From contig CANMWZ010000012.1 of the NCBI GenBank assembly GCA_947501605.1, forward strand, positions 1 through 64,000: a stretch of 64,000 nt of DNA. The letters are read 5' to 3'. Position 1 is the stretch's first letter, and every line of letters starts with the position of its first letter. This stretch comes from Planctomycetota bacterium. GTDB taxonomy: Bacteria; Planctomycetota; UBA1135; UBA2386. Under the pieces are notes generated by a model. The model was not told where the DNA came from, did not search any database, and saw only the letters and a list, made by a program, of their open reading frames with translations. Positions 38,944 through 49,319 of the stretch are shown piece by piece. The translations under genes were made by a program, and so were the position numbers.

Positions 38944-39005
38944 GTTCGTGGCAGGTTCGTTCGTCTTTGGTTCGCCTACGTTAGCAACCTGTTCGGGTAA
39001 CACAA
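38944..39005 (-). promoter_or_regulatory. Sigma70-type promoter overlapped and followed by three candidate LexA boxes
   Basis: Minus strand TTGTGT-N16-TAACGT with extended TG; + strand boxes 38944-38959, 38959-38974 and 38980-38995 (GTTCG/GTTAG-N6-GTTCG). Confidence 0.65.
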
Positions 39006-39282
39006 GGCAAAACTTTTGACAGTTCTCCACAGAGTGCGACGGCTGCGGCGGGCCCCAACACCTCGTCCCAGCGGAAGTCGCATGCCTCCCGTCCCAGACT
39101 CGCGGCCACCACTCTTGCCTCGAGGCAGAGCAGCTTCAGAATGCCACATCATCCCTGGCTTGCCTCGGTGGCCCGCGGTCAGGGTCGTCGACAGGCATCT
39201 CCGGTCGTCCCGCTCTCCCGCCCCGTTGTCACGTCGGTCCCGGTCTGGGTCGGTCCCCCGGTCGGCGATGGAAGGTCTCCTG

Positions 39283-39945
39283 ATGCTGGTCCAGTTGTCC
39301 CGTCCGCTCGTCTTCCTCGACTTCGAGACCACGGGCCTCGACACGCAGAACGACCGCATTGTCGAACTCGCGTTCGTCAAGTTGCACCCGGACGGCAGGC
39401 GCGAGCCATTGGTCCAGCGCATCAACCCCGGCATGGAAGTCAGCAAGGGCGCTTCGAAGGTCACCGGCATCCACACGTCCGACGCGTGTGGTCTGTTCTG
39501 GGGACCGCCGCTGAAGAAGGTCGGCGCCAAACTCGCTGAGTTCCTCGTCGGCAGTGACATCGCCGGCTTCAACCAGATCAGCTACGACGTGCCACTCTGG
39601 CTCGCCGAGTGCAAGCGCCACGGGATCGCCTTTGAGCTCGGCGATCGGAAGCAGGTCGATGTGCGCATTCTGTTCAACACCAAGGAGCCGACGTGGGATC
39701 GGTTTCTCATGGGCCCGCGCAATCTCTCAGCCGCCGTGCGCCACTACTGCGGCCGCGAACTCGTCAACGCACACTCCGCCGAGGCCGACTGCAACGCCAC
39801 CGCCGATGTGCTGCTAGCGCAACTCGATCGCTATCCGGATCTACCGCGCGACGTCCCCGGCCTGCACGAGTTCTGCCAGCGCAACCGTCGCGAAGCCCGA
39901 GAAGAAGAAGCGGGCGACAAGAAGAGCGGCAACTCCTTCGCATGA
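39283..39945 (+). CDS. DEDDh 3'-5' exonuclease (DnaQ/epsilon-like)
   Basis: FLDFETTG, GFNQISYDVP and AHSAEADC motifs. Confidence 0.92.
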   Translation: MLVQLSRPLVFLDFETTGLDTQNDRIVELAFVKLHPDGRREPLVQRINPGMEVSKGASKVTGIHTSDACGLFWGPPLKKVGAKLAEFLVGSDIAGFNQISYDVPLWLAECKRHGIAFELGDRKQVDVRILFNTKEPTWDRFLMGPRNLSAAVRHYCGRELVNAHSAEADCNATADVLLAQLDRYPDLPRDVPGLHEFCQRNRREAREEEAGDKKSGNSFA

Positions 39946-40385
39946 GCGCTTGGCAACAGCGCGTTCGCTATCGCTTCGGCGATATCGACCACGCTGGGAT
40001 TGCCTATTACCCAAAGCTCTTGCACCTCTTTCACTGTGCGTTCGAGGACTGGTGGAGCGACGCGCTTGGTCATCCGTACGCGCAGATCCTCGATGTCGAC
40101 AAGATCGGCTTCCCAGCAGTGCATCTCGACGTCGACTTCTACACGCCGGTGATCTACGGCGATGAACCAGTGGTGCATCTCGGCGTGCTGCGCATCGGCA
40201 CTTCGTCAGTTGAGTTTGCGTTCTGGCTCACACGCGGCACCGAACCACGGCCTCTTTGCCGCGCACGCATCACGACGGCGGCGGTTGACATGAACACGAT
40301 GCAGAAGATCGCGGTGCCCGACCGATGGCGATCGAAGTTCGCGGCCTTCTCGATCCGCGAAGAGGATTTGCCACGGGGACGCTGA
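39942..40385 (+). CDS. Acyl-CoA thioesterase (4HBT/YbgC family)
   Basis: RFGDIDHAGIAYYP hot-dog motif; ATGA overlap with the exonuclease. Confidence 0.9.
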   Translation: MSAWQQRVRYRFGDIDHAGIAYYPKLLHLFHCAFEDWWSDALGHPYAQILDVDKIGFPAVHLDVDFYTPVIYGDEPVVHLGVLRIGTSSVEFAFWLTRGTEPRPLCRARITTAAVDMNTMQKIAVPDRWRSKFAAFSIREEDLPRGR

Positions 40386-40408
40386 CGACTTCCTGGCCGC
40401 ATCCAAAC

Positions 40409-41173
40409 TCAGCGCTTGGCCTTGAACTCCCGAGGGAAGTAGCTGCTGGGCGCGTGCGACTCGACACCGAACACCGTCGCGATGTTGCTCTCGTCGAGGA
40501 CGCGCTCTGGCTCGCCGCTGGCGTGCACCAAGCCGTCGTGCAGCAGTACCGCGCGATGCGCTACTGGGGCCAACAAGTTCAGGTCGTGTGCCGCCACCAG
40601 AAGACCCCGCCCCTGGTCGGCGAGCAGCCGCAAGAGGTCGCACAGCAGCACCGCGTGTTCTAGATCGAGGTTGGTCGTCGGCTCGTCGAGCAGCAACAGC
40701 GGCGCCTCGGTCGCCAACGCGCGCGCGATGGCGATGCGGCGCAGTTCGCCACCGCTGAGCGTCGTCACCGGACGATCGCAGAAGGACAGGGCGTCGACCA
40801 CCTCGAGCGAGCATGCGATCGCCCCGCGGTCCGCTGCGGACTCAGGTTGCATCGACCCGCGATGCGGATGCCGCGCCATCGCGACCAGTTCGCGACCAGT
40901 GAACTCAAACGGCGTCTCCGTTGCCTGCGGCACGAACGCGATGCGCCGCGCCCGCGCCCGCGGCTCCCAGGTCGCGAGTGCACGACCATCGAGTTGCACC
41001 TCGCCGACATCGGCTCGCTGCGCCCCGAGAAGAACACGCAGCAACGTGCTCTTGCCGGAACCGTTGCGTCCCGCGAGCAGCACGAGCTCGCCAGGCACGA
41101 CCTCGACATCGACGCCGGCGAGCACCACGCGTGCACCGTGGCGCACTTCGATCCGTCGACCGCGCAAGGTCAT
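40409..41173 (-). CDS. Iron-siderophore/cobalamin ABC transporter ATPase
   Basis: GRNGSGKST, LSGGE, LLLDEPT and AHDLN. Confidence 0.93.
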   Translation of the reverse strand: MTLRGRRIEVRHGARVVLAGVDVEVVPGELVLLAGRNGSGKSTLLRVLLGAQRADVGEVQLDGRALATWEPRARARRIAFVPQATETPFEFTGRELVAMARHPHRGSMQPESAADRGAIACSLEVVDALSFCDRPVTTLSGGELRRIAIARALATEAPLLLLDEPTTNLDLEHAVLLCDLLRLLADQGRGLLVAAHDLNLLAPVAHRAVLLHDGLVHASGEPERVLDESNIATVFGVESHAPSSYFPREFKAKR

Positions 41174-42183
41174 CGCAGGGCCTCTCCCCGGCGATGACGT
41201 CGCAGCAAGAACAAGAAGTACGGCGTTCCTAGCATGCTGGTGACGACGCCAAGCCGCAGATTGGCGATGGGCACGTTGCGACACACGATGTCGGCAGCGA
41301 GCAAAACGACGGCGCCGGCAAGGGCCGAGGCCGGCAGCAAGAAGCGATGCGCCGGTCCGACCAGCAAGCGCGACAAGTGCGGCACAACGAGACCGAGAAA
41401 CGCGATGCCGCCAGTGTTGGCTACCGTAGCAGCGGTCAGTCCGCACGCGAACCAAAGCAACCAGCGCCGTGCCTGTGCGACGTCGAGACCCAAACTGAAG
41501 GCGGTGTCGTCCTGCAAGGTCAGCAGATCGAGGTCGCGCGCGCGAAACACCAACGGCAACCCGAACCCGACGAACCCGATCAAGGTGATCAGCGCCTTCG
41601 TCCAACTCTGCGCGTCGAGACCGCCCATCAACCAGAACAGCACACTCGAACTCGCGGTGTAGTTGTCGACGGTAAACGTGACGACAAACGTAGTCAGTGC
41701 ACCGATCAACGTGTTCATCGCAACGCCCGCGAGCAAGAGGCCTGCGACCGAGAACCTTGCGCCAGTCCCCGCGAAGGCGAAGACCAGTGCGGTAACTACC
41801 GTCGAACCGAACATCGCCGCGATGGGTGCCGCGAGCACGCTGGCGACCGCGAATCCAGACGCGATGGCGACCGCTCCACCGAACGCGGCGCCGGCGGCAG
41901 TGCCGACGACATCGGGCGAGGCCAGCGGATTGCGGAACGCGGCCTGCATCACGGTGCCAGCAAGCCCAAGAGATGCGCCACCAAACACCGCCACCAGCAA
42001 TCGCGGCAACCTCAACTGCAGCACGATCTCGCGATCGAGCTCGTCGCCGTTCGCGCCACCGAACAGCGCTGCAACCATCCGCCACACTTCGGCAAAGCCC
42101 GGCCCGACTGGCACCCAGCAGAGGTGTACCACCACCACAAAGACGAGCACGGCTGACAAGGTGAGCAAGAACGCGCGCGGCAT
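41170..42183 (-). CDS. FecCD/BtuC family ABC permease
   Basis: LRLPRLL, QAAFRNPLASP, GIAFLGLVVPH and GTPYFL. Confidence 0.94.
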   Translation of the reverse strand: MPRAFLLTLSAVLVFVVVVHLCWVPVGPGFAEVWRMVAALFGGANGDELDREIVLQLRLPRLLVAVFGGASLGLAGTVMQAAFRNPLASPDVVGTAAGAAFGGAVAIASGFAVASVLAAPIAAMFGSTVVTALVFAFAGTGARFSVAGLLLAGVAMNTLIGALTTFVVTFTVDNYTASSSVLFWLMGGLDAQSWTKALITLIGFVGFGLPLVFRARDLDLLTLQDDTAFSLGLDVAQARRWLLWFACGLTAATVANTGGIAFLGLVVPHLSRLLVGPAHRFLLPASALAGAVVLLAADIVCRNVPIANLRLGVVTSMLGTPYFLFLLRRHRRGEALR

Positions 42184-42200
42184 GATCCGCCTCGCGCTCG

Positions 42201-43145
42201 TCACGGGTTCCCCCACGCCCGCAATTGCTGCTGGACGATCGCAGCAATCTCGATCGCATGGTGCGACGTGTTGCTGAGCAATGACCCCGGCACGTGAACG
42301 ATGCGGCCCTTCTGCACGCACGGCAGCAGCCGAAGCCCAGGATGCTGCTGTAGCCACTCCGCTCGCGCTTCGGCGCCGTCCTCATAGCTGAGAATCAACG
42401 CGTCAGGTCGCCACGCCAGCACGGTTTCGATGTCGAGCTTGCGATAGCCGCCGACACCGAACAGCGCCGGCAAGTGCGTTGCCCCCGCAATGCGCACCGC
42501 GTCATCGAGCAACGAGCGCGAGCCATAGGTGTCGAGCGCCCCGTTGAGGTTCATCACTCGCCAGGCAGCGAGCCCTTCACCCTGCGAGCGGATATCGCGC
42601 GCCCGGGCCGCGAGCCGCTCGCACATGGCCTCGGCCGCAGCATCGGCACCAACGACCCAGCCAAGAAGACGGATGTCCGTGGCTACGTCGGCAAAGCTCG
42701 CGATCGCACGTGTGCGCACCACAGGGATGCCGAAGCTGTGCAACAGCATGGGCGTCTCGGCGAGTGTGAACTCATCGACGATCACGAGGTCGGGGCGCGC
42801 GGCAATGAGCTGCTCCGGGGATGCCCCTAGCAGAAGCAGGTCCTTGGCGATCCCCGCAACTCTGCTGTAGCGCGGCTCAGCAGCGAGAACGTGGACGCCA
42901 GCGATGCGGTCCTTCGGCAGGAGCTCGAGCAGCACTTCGGCACTGAGCACGGAGGCCGCGACGATCCGGCGCGGGGCGCTGGCGATGGTCGCGGCGTTGA
43001 TTGCGCGCGGGAACGGTGCGTCGATGCGCTCTGTCAGCTCAGCGGGAACCGTGTGCGTCCCGGCCTCTGCCCCCGGCGCGGTCGCCATTGCGATGCCGCA
43101 CCCCAAGACGGCGAGCATCATGACGTGGCCTGGACGAAGGGGCAT
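42201..43145 (-). CDS. BtuF/FepB-type periplasmic substrate-binding protein
   Basis: APRRIV, EQLIAARPDLV and ETVLAWRPD helical-backbone SBP motifs. Confidence 0.88.
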   Translation of the reverse strand: MPLRPGHVMMLAVLGCGIAMATAPGAEAGTHTVPAELTERIDAPFPRAINAATIASAPRRIVAASVLSAEVLLELLPKDRIAGVHVLAAEPRYSRVAGIAKDLLLLGASPEQLIAARPDLVIVDEFTLAETPMLLHSFGIPVVRTRAIASFADVATDIRLLGWVVGADAAAEAMCERLAARARDIRSQGEGLAAWRVMNLNGALDTYGSRSLLDDAVRIAGATHLPALFGVGGYRKLDIETVLAWRPDALILSYEDGAEARAEWLQQHPGLRLLPCVQKGRIVHVPGSLLSNTSHHAIEIAAIVQQQLRAWGNP

Positions 43146-43530
43146 TCGCGCATCATGGCTGCGGGCACGTTGCGAGGAAATCGGCGAGAGCAGGCTTCGA
43201 GGTCGGAAACGGAGACGGGGACGGCTATTCGCCACAGCAGATCCTCGAGGTCCCGCCACCGGCAACGGTGGAAGACGAGCGCATCACGATCGGCAGGCTC
43301 GCGCAATGAGGGGCCGTCGGTGGCAAGCCGTCGATTCGGATCCATGCGCTACTCGTGGGTCGGTGCCGATGGCTGGATCCAGGTCCTGGACCTACCCTCC
43401 TGCCGGCTTTGGGCCCGGTCGACCTACACGGCAACTGGTCGCGCTGCGAATGCACCTCGCCTACTTCGCCGTCAACTGTGGGTTGCGCCATGGCGCTGCG
43501 TATCGCAGGCCACCTCTCGTTGCCTTACTC

Positions 43531-44712
43531 ATGCCGATACTCCCACGCACCCTCGCCTCCTTCCTCTGTAGCGCCGCCGCGATCTCCCAGGGGAATGCCG
43601 GCTATGCCGACCTGAGCTTCCAGAACCCCACGGCTCAAGGCACGGCCACCTTGACTGCTACCGTCTACTACCCGGCCATGGCGCCGGGCCGCGATGCTCC
43701 TCTGCTACCGCGGGCTGGTGGTCATCCCGTCGTGGTCTTCTTGCACGGACTCAACGTTCTCGGCCGTGGCTACGGTGCCCTTGGTCAGCGGTTTGCCGAG
43801 CAGGGCTACGTGGTGGTACTCGGCAACACCGCTCTGAGCTCAGCGACCACCCAGATCAACGACGGCATCGCCATGTTTCCGGCACTGGTGCAGGCCAACG
43901 GTCAGGCAGGCCATCTGCTGCAAGGGGCCTTGGACATGGGCCGAGCGGCTGTCTCCGGCCACTCGATGGGCGGCTCGTCGACGTGCGGCGTCCTGGCGGC
44001 CAATCCGGGCTATCGCGCGGGCTTCTGTTTCTCGCCTGGAGTGGCGCCTGCTGCCGCCCAAGTACACGTACCCATGGGAATCTGCCACGGCACCGGCGAC
44101 ACGTTTCTCGACTGGCAGACCTTTGGCGTCGCGCTCTACCAAGGGCTGGTCAATGTGCCGGTACTGAAGTTCTTCTACGTGCTCGGCCAAGACTGCACGC
44201 ACGGCAACGTCGCCGGCTACACCCAGAACAACCAGATCGACCTCGACGTGTTCGCCGCGTCGAGCCAAGTAGCACTCGGGTTCTTCGACCGCTTCCTTCT
44301 CGACGACGCGGCGGGCCTCGAATCTGTGATCGGTCCGACAGCACGCGCAGAAGCGCGGCTGTTCCAGTTGGACACCGCAATCTACTCGCCGCAACTCTGG
44401 GTCGTCGGCAATCCGCGACCGGGGCAAACCGTGACCTTCACCACCGCCGCCGCCCCTGGCCCCGCCGCCTTGTTTTGCGCGCTGGCTGAAGGCAACTGGC
44501 CCACGCCCTTTGGCACGGCGTTGCTCGACCTCACATCGCTGATCGAGGTTTCGACCGGCGTGGCCGGCATCGACCATCTCTGGCTGTCGCCGCTGACGAT
44601 CCCCAACGACGCTGCGCTGGTCGGCCTGCAGCTTCCCTTCCAGGGCTTGGCTACCTCGGAGCTTGGCGCGTTTCAGGTGACCGGTATGGTGCGAGTGCAG
44701 GTCCTGCCCTGA
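43531..44712 (+). CDS. Secreted alpha/beta hydrolase with a C-terminal beta-rich domain
   Basis: Signal peptide; VFLHG, GHSMGG nucleophile, HGTGD and THG; C-terminal GNPRPG...IPNDAALVG domain. Confidence 0.85.
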   Translation: MPILPRTLASFLCSAAAISQGNAGYADLSFQNPTAQGTATLTATVYYPAMAPGRDAPLLPRAGGHPVVVFLHGLNVLGRGYGALGQRFAEQGYVVVLGNTALSSATTQINDGIAMFPALVQANGQAGHLLQGALDMGRAAVSGHSMGGSSTCGVLAANPGYRAGFCFSPGVAPAAAQVHVPMGICHGTGDTFLDWQTFGVALYQGLVNVPVLKFFYVLGQDCTHGNVAGYTQNNQIDLDVFAASSQVALGFFDRFLLDDAAGLESVIGPTARAEARLFQLDTAIYSPQLWVVGNPRPGQTVTFTTAAAPGPAALFCALAEGNWPTPFGTALLDLTSLIEVSTGVAGIDHLWLSPLTIPNDAALVGLQLPFQGLATSELGAFQVTGMVRVQVLP

Positions 44713-44915
44713 CGAAGACCATGCGGTGGATCGGGCCTTGGGCGCCGCCGCAGTCACCAAGCACCGCAAAAACCGCGACCGCGCGCTGCTAGGTCATCGT
44801 TCGCGACTTCACCATAATTGGGTAGCACCTCCGCTGTGGCAGCGGACCCGCGGTCCATGCTTGCCCGCACGACCGACTCTGCGGCCTCGGCCCCTACTCC
44901 AAGGCTCCACTCACC

Positions 44916-45980
44916 ATGCGCTTCCGCTTTGCCGTGCCCCTGCTCATTCTGTTCGTCGCCGTTGCTTGGCTGAACTGGCCCAGCACTTCGGCACCAACGC
45001 ATGGCCCTCTGATCACCGTCGAGCGCGGCTCCATCATCCGCCGTGCCATCGCTTCGGGGCAGGTCGATCCGGTCCAGGAAACCCAGGTCAACACCCAACT
45101 GACCGGGTTCGTACGCACGTTGCACACGCAGCTCGGCAAGAAGGTGTCGGCCGGTGAGCCTCTGGCCGAGGTGTGGCCGGCCTTGACCGAACAGGACCTA
45201 CTGCGCGCCGAACGCGGCCTGCAGCAAGCGATCGAAGGGGAAGAGGCGGCGGCCGAGTTCCACGAGGGCCAACACCTGCTCGCGAGCATGACGCGGTTTC
45301 TGCAGGGCCAGAAGAACCTCGATCGCATGCAACAATCGGCGCAGCGCGGGCGGCGAATGGCCGAAGAGTCGCTGAAGTTGCTCCGCGAGGGCAAGGTCGA
45401 GATCGACGGTCGACTCGTCGACTTCGTGGTCCGCGCGCCGGTCGCCGGCCACGTGCTCCAGCTAGTACGGCAGGGCGATCCAATCACGCCGGCGAGCAGC
45501 TATGGCCTGGGCACTGTACTCGCGGTGATCGGAGACCTCGATCGTCCCGTGTTCCGCGGCACGGTCGACGAAATCGACGTTGGCCGGCTACGAACGGGAA
45601 TGCCCGCAAGCGTGACGCTCGGTGCGTTGCCGGGCGTCGTGCTGACCGGAGCCGTCGTCGAAATCGGTCTCCGAGCACGACGTCAAGACAACGCGGCGTT
45701 GTTCGATGTGCGCATCCAACTCGAGCCCCGAGCCGACGTGATGCTCCGCGCCGGCTACAGTGCCGTTGCCGAAGTCGAGGTCGCCCGCGTCGATGAGGTG
45801 TTGGTGCTCCCCGAACGCTGCTTGGTGCATCGAGGCGGCGAGTCGTTCGTCACACTGCTGCAGGCCGATGGCAAGACTGAGGAGCGCGCCGTCAAACTCG
45901 GACTCGGCGACGGCCTGCGGATCGAGATCGTTGACGGCTTGCCGGCCGACGCTCGCGTACTCGAGCCCCTCGTGCGCTGA
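44916..45980 (+). CDS. MacA-like periplasmic adaptor subunit
   Basis: N-terminal TM segment, ASGQV, VRAPVAG, VDEIDVG and GLGDG..EI..GL. Confidence 0.9.
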   Translation: MRFRFAVPLLILFVAVAWLNWPSTSAPTHGPLITVERGSIIRRAIASGQVDPVQETQVNTQLTGFVRTLHTQLGKKVSAGEPLAEVWPALTEQDLLRAERGLQQAIEGEEAAAEFHEGQHLLASMTRFLQGQKNLDRMQQSAQRGRRMAEESLKLLREGKVEIDGRLVDFVVRAPVAGHVLQLVRQGDPITPASSYGLGTVLAVIGDLDRPVFRGTVDEIDVGRLRTGMPASVTLGALPGVVLTGAVVEIGLRARRQDNAALFDVRIQLEPRADVMLRAGYSAVAEVEVARVDEVLVLPERCLVHRGGESFVTLLQADGKTEERAVKLGLGDGLRIEIVDGLPADARVLEPLVR

Positions 45981-45982
45981 GC

Positions 45983-47221
45983 ATGCGTGCGCTCGCCGAC
46001 ACCCTGCACGAACTGTTGCGCGATCTCGGCGCACAAAAGTTGCGCACCGCACTGTCTCTCCTGGGCATCGCCTGGGGCACGCTGGCGACGGTGCTCTTGC
46101 TGGCGTTCTCGTTCGGGTTCGAGGAGCTGTTCGTCGAACGCGCACGCGGCCTCGGTGACGGCCTGACGATCGCTTGGCCGAACCGAACGACGCTGGCCGC
46201 GCGCGGACTGCCGGCTGGACGACTGCTGACCATCCGTCGCGACGACGTGACGGCGGTGGCTGACGAGGTGTCGTCGTTGCAGAGCATGAGCGCCGAGTAC
46301 GCGCTCACCGAGCGCGTGCGCATCGGTGGAACGGTGCATCGCGTGCCGCTCTCTGGTGTAGACCCTCAGTTCGCTGGGCTCCGTTCGCTGAGGCCTGCCG
46401 GCGGAGGTCGATTCCCGAACACGCGCGACTCCGAACTGCGCGCCCGCGTCGTGTTCCTCGGCGATTCGCTGGCCAACACGTTGTTCCCTCGACAAGACCC
46501 GATCGGGCGCACCGTGACGCTGCACGGTTTGTCGTTCACCGTAGTCGGCGTGTTGCAATCGAAGCTGCAGGACAGCGACTACGGTGGTCAGGACAAAGAC
46601 CGAGCGTGGATTCCGGCGACCACGTTCTTGGCGGTGTTCGGCCAACGCGGCATCAGCAACTTTGTCTTCCGCGCGATCGACGCCACGAAGCAAGAAGAGT
46701 GCACGCGGAGCGTGATCGCCGCGTTCGCACGACGACTGCAGTTCGACCCGAGTGATCGCGAAGCCCTGTCCATCTGGGACACGACCGAACAGCGACGGAT
46801 GCTGTCGTTCATCTTCCTCGGGTTTCACACGATGCTTGGAATCGGTGGAGTGTTCACGCTGGTGGTCGGCGGTCTCGGCATCGCGCATCTGATGCAGCTG
46901 ATGGTGCGGCGGCGCACCGTCGAGATCGGCCTCAAGCTCGCGGTCGGTGCCGAACCAGCCCGCGTTCGCAATGAATGGCTCTTGCAGGCGCTCGCCTTGG
47001 TGCTCGCCGGAGCCGGCGGCGGACTGTTGTTCGCCATCGCTGCCATCGCCGCAGTACGCAGCTCTCCATTCACCGCGCAAGTCGGCATGCCCTTCGTACC
47101 ATTGCCGCTCGCCATCGCCACCGCTGCACTGTTGGCCGGTATCGCGTTCGTCGCCGGTTACTTGCCGGCCCGAACCGCATCGCGCCTCGATCCCGTCAGC
47201 GCACTGCGAGGTGGCGGATGA
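45983..47221 (+). CDS. MacB/FtsX-like ABC permease
   Basis: RTALSLLGIAWG, GGRF, EIGLKLAVGA and PARTASRLDPVSALR. Confidence 0.9.
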   Translation: MRALADTLHELLRDLGAQKLRTALSLLGIAWGTLATVLLLAFSFGFEELFVERARGLGDGLTIAWPNRTTLAARGLPAGRLLTIRRDDVTAVADEVSSLQSMSAEYALTERVRIGGTVHRVPLSGVDPQFAGLRSLRPAGGGRFPNTRDSELRARVVFLGDSLANTLFPRQDPIGRTVTLHGLSFTVVGVLQSKLQDSDYGGQDKDRAWIPATTFLAVFGQRGISNFVFRAIDATKQEECTRSVIAAFARRLQFDPSDREALSIWDTTEQRRMLSFIFLGFHTMLGIGGVFTLVVGGLGIAHLMQLMVRRRTVEIGLKLAVGAEPARVRNEWLLQALALVLAGAGGGLLFAIAAIAAVRSSPFTAQVGMPFVPLPLAIATAALLAGIAFVAGYLPARTASRLDPVSALRGGG

Positions 47222-48448
47222 ACGAGTTCTTGGACCTGCTCGGCGAGACCTGGAGCAACCGCCGACGGCTCATGCCCGCCGTGATCGGTCTCTGCTTTGG
47301 CACGCTCGGACTATCGATCCTGCTCGCGTTCGGCGACGGCTTTGACACCGCGATGAACAGCGCTCTAGGGCGCTCAGGTGAAACGATGATCCGCTGGTTC
47401 GGCGGCACCACTTCGCGGCCGTTCCGAGGCCAGCCCGCAGGACGCCTCGCGGCCTTCAGTCCGAGCGATGTCGAGTTGTTGCGCAGCGCACCCGGCGTCC
47501 TTGCCGCCAGTCTCGAGACTGGCCTCAATGCCCGCGTGGTCGCCGATGATGGGACGCGCAGCGCCAATCCGTACATCGCCGCGGTCGGTCACGAATGGCT
47601 GCTGGTGCGTCGCCGCGCGGTGGAGCCGGGCGGCCGCTTCTTGTCACCTCTGGACGAAGGCGATCGGCGGCGTGTTGCGGTAATCGGCGCCGAGCTCGCG
47701 CAGCAGTTGTTTCGCACTGAAGCCGTCGTTGGCCGAACGGTGCGCGTGTTCGAGCAGCCTTTCACCATCGTCGGCGTACTCGGTCAACAGACGCAGTTGA
47801 TGCAGAGCAACGGCGACGATGCCGGCAAGCTGTTCGTGCCGTTCCGCACCGTGGCGCCGCTGCGCGGTCTGCGCGCGCCCCAAGTGGTCATGACGCGGAT
47901 CGACAACGCCCTGCTTGCGCGCGAGCGCGAGGCCCAGCAGCGCGTGTTGCTGGCCAACCGCCTGCAATGCGACCCCGCCGACGTCGCCGCCTTGCGCGTG
48001 TCCAATCACGCGATCACGGCGCGCGAGATTCGCGGCATCCTCACCGGCACGCGCGTGTTCCTCTTCGTCATCGGCGTGCTCGGTCTGCTGGTCGCCGCCA
48101 TCGGCGTCGCCAACATGACCATCGTGCTGGTGGAAGAGCGCATCCCCGAGATCGGCTTGCGCATGGCGTTTGGCGCCACACCACGGCAGATCCGGCGGCG
48201 CCAACTCGCCGAGACGCTGGCAATGGTCGGCATCGGCGGCGGCGGCGGCCTGCTGCTCGCCGCCGCGTTGTTCTGGGGCGTGAATCAACTGCCATTCGAC
48301 CCGATCGCGAAGGGCTACCTCGGCGAGCCGGTGTTGTCCGTGACGACGTCGCTGACCATCGCCGGACTGCTCGGCCTCTGTGGCGGCATTGCCGGTTGGC
48401 AGCCGGCCGTGCGCGCCGCCAATGTGCAACCCGTAGAGGCCCTGCGTC

Positions 48449-48456
<8 letters not shown>
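47218..48456 (+). CDS. MacB/FtsX-like ABC permease
   Basis: GGRF, IGVANM, ERIPEIGLRMAFGA and PAVRAANVQPVEALR. Confidence 0.9.
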
Positions 48457-49147
<691 letters not shown>

Positions 49148-49319
49148 TGCGAGGCCTCACCGAAGTGAGTAGGGCTGCAGCCGCCGAGAATGACCGCGGC
49201 CAACGAACGCCGACTCGCACGGCTGTCTCTGCAGTAAAGACGCCGATTGTCGCGGTACCCACCCACCAGGGGCAGCAGCAGGCTCACGGCGCTCGTTCAC
49301 GACTCCTTCGCCTCGTCGA

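Noticed and set aside
38990..39002. TGTTCGGGTAACA as a Verrucomicrobia-type palindromic SOS box
   Set aside because: One base too short for TGTTC-N4-GAACA and present once, whereas the direct-repeat motif occurs four times
40409..42385. 658-aa ORF suggesting an extended or fused ABC ATPase
   Set aside because: The N-terminal part is an off-frame overlap of the permease; the ATPase starts at 41173 with an ATGA overlap
43146..43530. Possible cobalamin riboswitch upstream of the Btu/Fec-like operon
   Set aside because: I could not find the conserved B12-box or GGGAA/GCCACTG elements on either strand; an Rfam scan would be decisive
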